A stretch of 64,000 nucleotides of DNA from Eledone cirrhosa (Eukaryota): NCBI GenBank assembly GCA_964016885.1, contig OZ024746.1:12338001-12402000 (forward strand), read 5' to 3'. Position 1 is the first letter of the stretch. Each line of letters starts with the position of its first letter. The notes under the pieces were generated by a model. It searched no databases and was not told the origin of the DNA. It was given only the letters and a program-made list of their open reading frames with translations. Below, in pieces: positions 56,925 through 64,000 of the stretch. Made by a program: the position numbers and the translations under genes.

Positions 56925-57365
56925 AGGGCATGGAGCCAGGCACCACTGTGGTGTTTGGAGGCCGCACGAAAACAAGCAAGGCGGTGCTGGTCGAGCTGGC
57001 GCGTGAGCCCGTCTGAGGCCAGGCTGCACTGGATGGCATCCCAAGTGCGTTGGGGGGACTTGATGTCAACAGGGGGAGACGGAGCAGGGACGTCTACTGG
57101 GCTAAGTCCCAGCCGGTCCCACGTCTCACAGGCGGCCTCACGTTCTCTGAACACAGAGGGTTCTGTTGTATTTTGAAGAACCCTGCTTACCGACGAAAGA
57201 TACGCCGACAAAGAGATTGAGATCGGGGACCGGAGGCCAAGGCCGCCATACCTGACAGGTAAAGTGGCCTGTTGCCACCCTATGTCGTCAAACTTGACGT
57301 TGCATATCTCCTCGGCTGCTGCTCGGATACAAGTATCGAGGTCAGCGAGGAGAGATGTCTGGGTG
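56925..57365 (-). mobile_element. CRE-like post-RT fragment
   Basis: WQQATLPVRYGGLGLRS..SAYLSS..HSGAWLHAL. Confidence 0.75.
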
Positions 57366-57650
57366 TGATTCCTTTACTAGAGTAAAGGGTTTTGATTGAA
57401 TAACTCAATTAGAGCTGACATAGTATATAAAGTGTCCCCAAAAATGTATACACACTTTGATTAGAATGCTGTTGAAATATGTATATATAAACTTTGATAA
57501 ACTTTGCTTTTTGCTTTGACTGTATGCCCATATATGGACTGTACCCCTTGATAAGTTCACCTAGATTTAAGCCGTTCGAAGCCCCACGATTCAGTTCAGA
57601 TCTAGCTGTCGAAACGACCGGAGTTCAGCCGTCGGTCCTGAATCTTTTCA

Positions 57651-57685
<35 letters not shown>

Positions 57686-58606
57686 TAGACGATCGACTTT
57701 CGTCAAATCGGACCGAGGGAACAATGTTTCCGTTGGTCTTTCCAATTGCTAATACTATCTATCGGTCGCAACTCCAGGTAGAAGGAGCAACGTGAAATAA
57801 AGTGTCTTGCTCAAGGACATAACGCATCGCCTGGTCCAGGAATCGAACTCACAACCTTACGATTGCGAACCCAATTCTCTAACCACTCAGCCACACGCCG
57901 TCATATATATATATATTAGTAAAAAGGAAAAGAAAATGCTGACAATTTTTTCCCAGTGAAAAATAGTTTAGAATCTTTCCCCTCTACAAATTTAAAGATA
58001 ATGCCACCCACACCCAGCACATCAGTAAGGAATCTCACTTTATTAACAAATACGGACCCCGTCTAAACACTTCTCCCTAAGACGAACCCACAACATACAC
58101 ACGTCAACATACATACCTATATCAGCCTACATCCTACATACATTTCTATCCACATATAAACACAATGACATACGTAAACACACATGTTCTATGGTGCAAC
58201 ACAAATATACACAAATTCGCACACCTTTTGATGTTTATAGATATACACGTGCCGACACGCACACATACACATACGCACACATGTATTGCACATTGATGGG
58301 CACAAACATATTTGTACACAAATATCCCGTACGGCAGGGCCTAATGGATTCCCCTTGCAGTACGTACAATCAAGGGGAATGACACATTCAAGGGGAATCA
58401 CGCACACCTTGTTGTTATGACAATACTATACATCATTTCGCCTCTTTTATTGTTGATGTTATTGATGTTCTTTTGAGAGAATCGTTTTTGCAAATGACTG
58501 AAAATCTCGAATAATGTACGCCATTTTTACCAGTACCACAAAAATACTGGTCCAACCACACACACACGCACACACACATACACACGCGTACACTAACATA
58601 CATACA

Positions 58607-58651
<45 letters not shown>

Positions 58652-58784
58652 CTCCGTATAAGATAAGAGCTGAAAAATATGTTTCAATATGTTAAAATAA
58701 CCCCCCCCCACACACACACACACACGTACACACACATTACTACTGACTGATTCATTCCCATTATCACAACAATGAACCACTCTG

Positions 58785-58820
<36 letters not shown>

Positions 58821-58925
58821 TTGTCTTATTTGTCTTAATAGACACCTGAACTGTTGACCTTTCAACATGACTGCAACTCACACTCATATCCCTACTGACC
58901 ATTATCACAACAATGAACCACTTTA

Positions 58926-58973
<48 letters not shown>

Positions 58974-59684
58974 TTGTCTTAATAGACATATTTTTGACTT
59001 CTCAACATGACTGCAACTCAATCAAGCGGAAAAGGACACTCTTCGACAAACCTACATTTGGCGCCAAAACAGTTCGTGCTAAAATCAATTTTAACATTCA
59101 CGTGACTTCTACCGACCAATCAAAATTGTTTTGACTACAAGAATTTTTGCAACACGAATTGGCGCGAAATTTATAGTGCTTATTCACGTGACATTCAACA
59201 ACCAACCAAATCTTAATACTCCTGGACCCTTTTTTTTCACATAAAACAGGAAGAATTTCCAAAACTGATCAGATTAGATCAAAAATCACGAACGCGCTCT
59301 ATCTCAAAAATTATTTTTGAAAAGCATTAGAAATGCGCAACCGGTAAAAACTTAAAACTAAAACTGAATACGAACTAATACTTATTACTATGGCAGTATC
59401 GGTAGAGGGTCGGACGCCATGCTTTCCAGCATAGTTACGTTCCTTTACGATCTGAGTTCAAATCCCGCCGAGGTTGACTTTGCCTTTCATCCTTACGGGG
59501 TCGATAAAATAAAGTACCAGTAATGCACTGGGTAATTGCTGGCCTTGTGCCTAAAGTAGAAACACTTACTAATTTATACTTATTCCTAATTAAACTATTT
59601 TTCACTGGAAAAATTTGTCTGCATTTTCTTTTCCTTTTTACTAATATATCACAACTCGTATGTTACACCTCGATTTAAAAAAAA

Positions 59685-59804
<120 letters not shown>

Positions 59805-59848
59805 TAAGAGAGTAAAACAAAGAATCCTTTAATACATCAAAAGTTTTT

Positions 59849-59893
59849 ATTAGCCGACAATGTTTCGTCCTATTAAGGACTCATCAGGGCAAT
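59849..59893 (-). ncRNA. Minimal type I hammerhead (Penelope-like pLTR type), intact core
   Basis: Minus strand reads GCC-CTGATGA-GTCC ttaata GGAC-GAAAC att GTC-GGC. Confidence 0.8.
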
Positions 59894-61386
59894 CAAAACA
59901 ACAAGAGGTAATATCGGCAGATACAAGCCAGAAACTCTGAAGAATATGGAGTGTACATACACTAATGTCTTGCAAAGATATACGATAATGAAAATGAAAA
60001 TAAAGATAAAAATAATAAAATTATAATAACTAAGGATGTAGATAACATTAAGAACCATATTACAAATATAGTCCAAAGCCACCAACCTAAATCTAAACAA
60101 ATTTGGTTATATAGAGCAGGAATTATATATAACACAATATAATACATTATAATAATAATATATTTATACCAACATTAAAATTCCAAATTAAAAATCAAAA
60201 GGTACAATATATACATGTATATATGTGCGCGCACACACACACACACACACATATAACAATACACATATCTATGTTCTATTACACAGAAATTAAGACCTAT
60301 TAGAAGTTTGAATATTAAAAATAAGCATGGTAATAGTGAAAATAATACTAATACATCTACCCAATATACATGAGGCAATAATATGATATAATTACAAGAA
60401 ACACTTATAACAAATAATAAAAAAATTATATAATTCAATACAATATAATAAAGTAGAATAGATAATCCCCGGTTAATTTACAGAAACAATATAGATGTCA
60501 CAATGAAATACAATGATAAAATGTTAACATTATATTAACAAGTACCATAAACAATATATACAAAATGATTCATACTGGGTTACATAATAAATGAGGAAAT
60601 ATAAATCATATAATACTCAAAAAAACTATAATGGTACAGGGAAAACTTATGATGTTACAGAAAAAATATGATGTTACAGAAAAAAATATACAGACATCTA
60701 ACATGATATGTAAAATCTAAATATCATAATGTTACATATTACAATATTAAAATATTAAAAAAATATTTAAAAAAATCCAGACATCTTACATGATATATAA
60801 AGTTTAAATATCATAATGTTATATATAATGAACGGTAAGTAATAAGGATCTATATCATAATGTAATATATTTTAAAATTGGCATAAAATATATAAATACT
60901 TATAATTACAAGGTTAGTAGACAGACATGTGTGGATGAGTGAGCGAAGCCAGACAGTGAATAGTAAATAGAATATAGAATAAAACAAATAAATACAATCA
61001 ACCGGAAATTACAAAACAAAAGCAAATGTATACACATTTAGGCCTCGCGTGCATTAAGAAATTAGGTAAACACCAAGGAAAGCGATCATTTTAAATGACT
61101 CCAAACCCTATCTGATAAATTAATATTAAAAATATCGAACCCGTCCAATAAGGTAGTATAATATTAGCTGTAGTTTAAGTCATTAAAGTATATAAACTTT
61201 AATGTATCATTACAAATGTTTACAAAAAGGAATAATTTTATAATTTTATAATTTTATAATTTTATTATTTTTATCTTTATTTTCATTTTTATTATCGTAT
61301 ATCTTTGCAAGACATTAGTGTATGTACACTCCATATTCTTCAGAGTTTCTGGCTTGTATCTGCCGATATTACCTCTTGTTGTTTTG

Positions 61387-61431
61387 ATTGCCCTGATGAG
61401 TCCTTAATAGGACGCAACATTGTCGGCTAAT
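61387..61431 (+). ncRNA. Minimal hammerhead, inverted copy with GAAA->GCAA core mutation
   Basis: GCC-CTGATGA-GTCC ttaata GGAC-GCAAC att GTC-GGC. Confidence 0.7.
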
Positions 61432-61575
61432 AAAAACTTTTGATGTATTAAACGATTCTTTGTTTTACTCTCTTAATTTTTTGGCTCTGTTTAACTGCAT
61501 TGAGCTATACCTTTTACTGTCATTTCTATAATACGAAGATGGTATTTGACTCAAACACGCTCCAGTATTCTAATC

Positions 61576-61862
<287 letters not shown>

Positions 61863-61863
61863 A

Positions 61864-62077
61864 AGGCGTGTGGCTGAGTGGTTAGAGAACTGGAGGATTG
61901 GCAATCGTGAGGTTGTGAGTTCGATTCCTGGACCGGGCGATGCGTTATGTCCTTGAGCAAGACACTTTATTTCACGTTGCTCCTTCTACCTGGAGTTGCG
62001 ACCGATAGATAGTATTAGCAATTGGAAAGACCAACGGAAACATTGTTTCCTCGGTCCGATTTGACGAAAGTCGATCT
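61864..62077 (+). mobile_element. SINE family 2 variant with a different 3' half; inverted copy at 57690-57899
   Basis: TGGCTGAGTGG A-box, GAGTTCGATTCC B-box; the two copies are near-identical. Confidence 0.75.
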
Positions 62078-62425
62078 TTCCTAATACGTCTTCAATTTTT
62101 ATTAGATATCCTGGTGTCATTTTATAAGATGGAGTTACCAAGCTTCATATAACTTAGGATATCATACAAGTATAATCATGCAATGGCATGGAAATAATTA
62201 AAAACGGTAACAGTCTTACAAAGGAAATATTTTACGCTATCTTGGAGGTGAGACAGAGTGAGAGTGACGGGGTCGTAGAGAAGGGGGCTGGTTAGATGGC
62301 CTATGGTCGAATTAATGTTGTTACTCTTTAGTAAGAACACTCACTATTTAGTCTTAATAAAAGGAATGTTAAAACCCTACTTCGGTATTGAATACTCTTT
62401 TTTCTCAGCCATCCACCATATACGG

Positions 62426-62509
<84 letters not shown>

Positions 62510-63639
62510 GTGTGTGTGTGTTTAGAGAGAAATATATATATATATATATATATGGAGAGAAAGAGATAGAGAGTGAGAGAGCGAGAGAGATAACGGAGTA
62601 GATTCCCTTGGCCTATATCTTCCATATATGACGTTAGCAGATCTATTTTAGTTTTAATTATAGTTATTTTGGGGTATGTCTCTATTTTTGAGATAACGTG
62701 TCTCTATTTACATAGCATGTACTGGTATGTTTATATCTAGATAATACAGGTTAGTGATAACTACAAGTTAATTGATTAATTATGGAGGTTTCCTGCTCCA
62801 TTTTTCTGATGGACAAACATTACATTTAATCACTTTCAATGGAAAGCAATATTCATTTTAAAAATATCATAATTATCCTTAAAACTGATTGTAATGTAAA
62901 TGCATCTTGAGAAACGGTGCTTTTCTTCAGTTACATAATATTAAGAGGATGAGAGATAGAAGTTTTCTGGGATAAGATATTGGTACATCACAGGCAGTTT
63001 CTGAGGATAGTGTTGTTCTATATTAGTGAAGCAATGTAGAATATAGTATTTCAGACATAATTTGATAGACTACGGTTTACCACCTATACAATATACACCA
63101 TTACGTTTTCACATTTCTACCTTTATTATTTACAGAATAGGCTGATCTTGTGTCAATGTTAGAAAGGATTATTTACAGAGAAGAGGGTCGTAGATTATCA
63201 GAATCGTTAGAATATCGAACAAAATACTTTACAGTATTTGTTCCGGCTCTTTACATTCTGAGTTAATAACTCTGAAACTAACTTTATGAAATGTTCATAT
63301 TGAACATATCACTTTCATGTTGTTATTGGTGTTTAGCTTTGTTTAGATCTTCCCAGATAAACTATATCCTAAACAACCTATATTTCCTTATAAAGTATTT
63401 AATGTACATTATAACGACCTGAATGAGAATTTTTTCAAACAATAATACTTGATTGCCCAAATCAATTTTTGCTCAATTGGAAAATAACTGACAAAATAGT
63501 TATTAATCGCTGCAGCAATTTTCACGGTGCCGTTTGCTGCGAATATGTTGAGAATGATTTCAACGGAATTGATTGAATAGGTTCTAACGGAAAGTACAAC
63601 ATTTTTGAAATAGTTGAAAATATGAGCTTGGTAGGATGT

Positions 63640-64000
63640 GTCTGTATCGGTGGGTATTTAATGGAGAGAAATGTGACACAACGAAAGGCTTCTTTGTGCC
63701 AGCCACAGATCTGGTCAATAGCCTTAAGCAGGTTATCTTAGGGAAATATCTCTATCTTTTCTTCCATTCTGTAAATTTGTCATCGACTGATGTAATTTTT
63801 AGCTTCCAAGATTTCGTCCTCCAAACTGTAATTTGTCTCTGAATCTGTCTAGCCGTCGCTCAAAACTCACTAAACCACTAATTTAAATGTGATGATATAT
63901 TCTTCACCAAGGAGAGTCTTTGTACTTCCAACCAACAGTCTATCTCGATTTTTGACGACAATAATGTCAATCTGTTTTGTTCACCTGATTGGTCGGTGAT
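63640..64000 (-). pseudogene. Decayed RTE endonuclease fragment
   Basis: IDIIVVKNRDRLLVGSTKTLLGEEY..LVV resembles the RTE APE C-terminus. Confidence 0.5.

Overview
AT-rich, microsatellite- and retroelement-dense eukaryotic DNA; the repeat landscape suggests an octopus/cephalopod genome (inference). Two host genes are supported, both on the minus strand. The first is MEIOB (meiotic OB-fold ssDNA-binding protein): ten phase-compatible GT-AG exons between 13972 and 471, continuing off the left edge. The second is a large terminal exon (22798-21885) encoding a TIFA-like FHA domain and a tail with PxE motifs; a chain of candidate phase-1 exons may lie upstream. The rest is mostly mobile DNA: roughly 30 copies of a tRNA-derived SINE, a second SINE family, RTE, CRE-like, R4/Dong-like, Tx1-like and Penelope-like fragments, a decayed hAT transposase, MITEs and a Helitron end. 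Highlights: a type I hammerhead ribozyme with an 8-bp loop II/loop III complementarity inside a ~495-bp directly repeated unit; inverted Penelope-like termini carrying one intact and one mutated hammerhead; and two unrelated retroelement groups stacked in (TATG)n arrays with fixed, opposite orientations. Homology calls come from recalled motifs, not database searches, and repeat boundaries are approximate.
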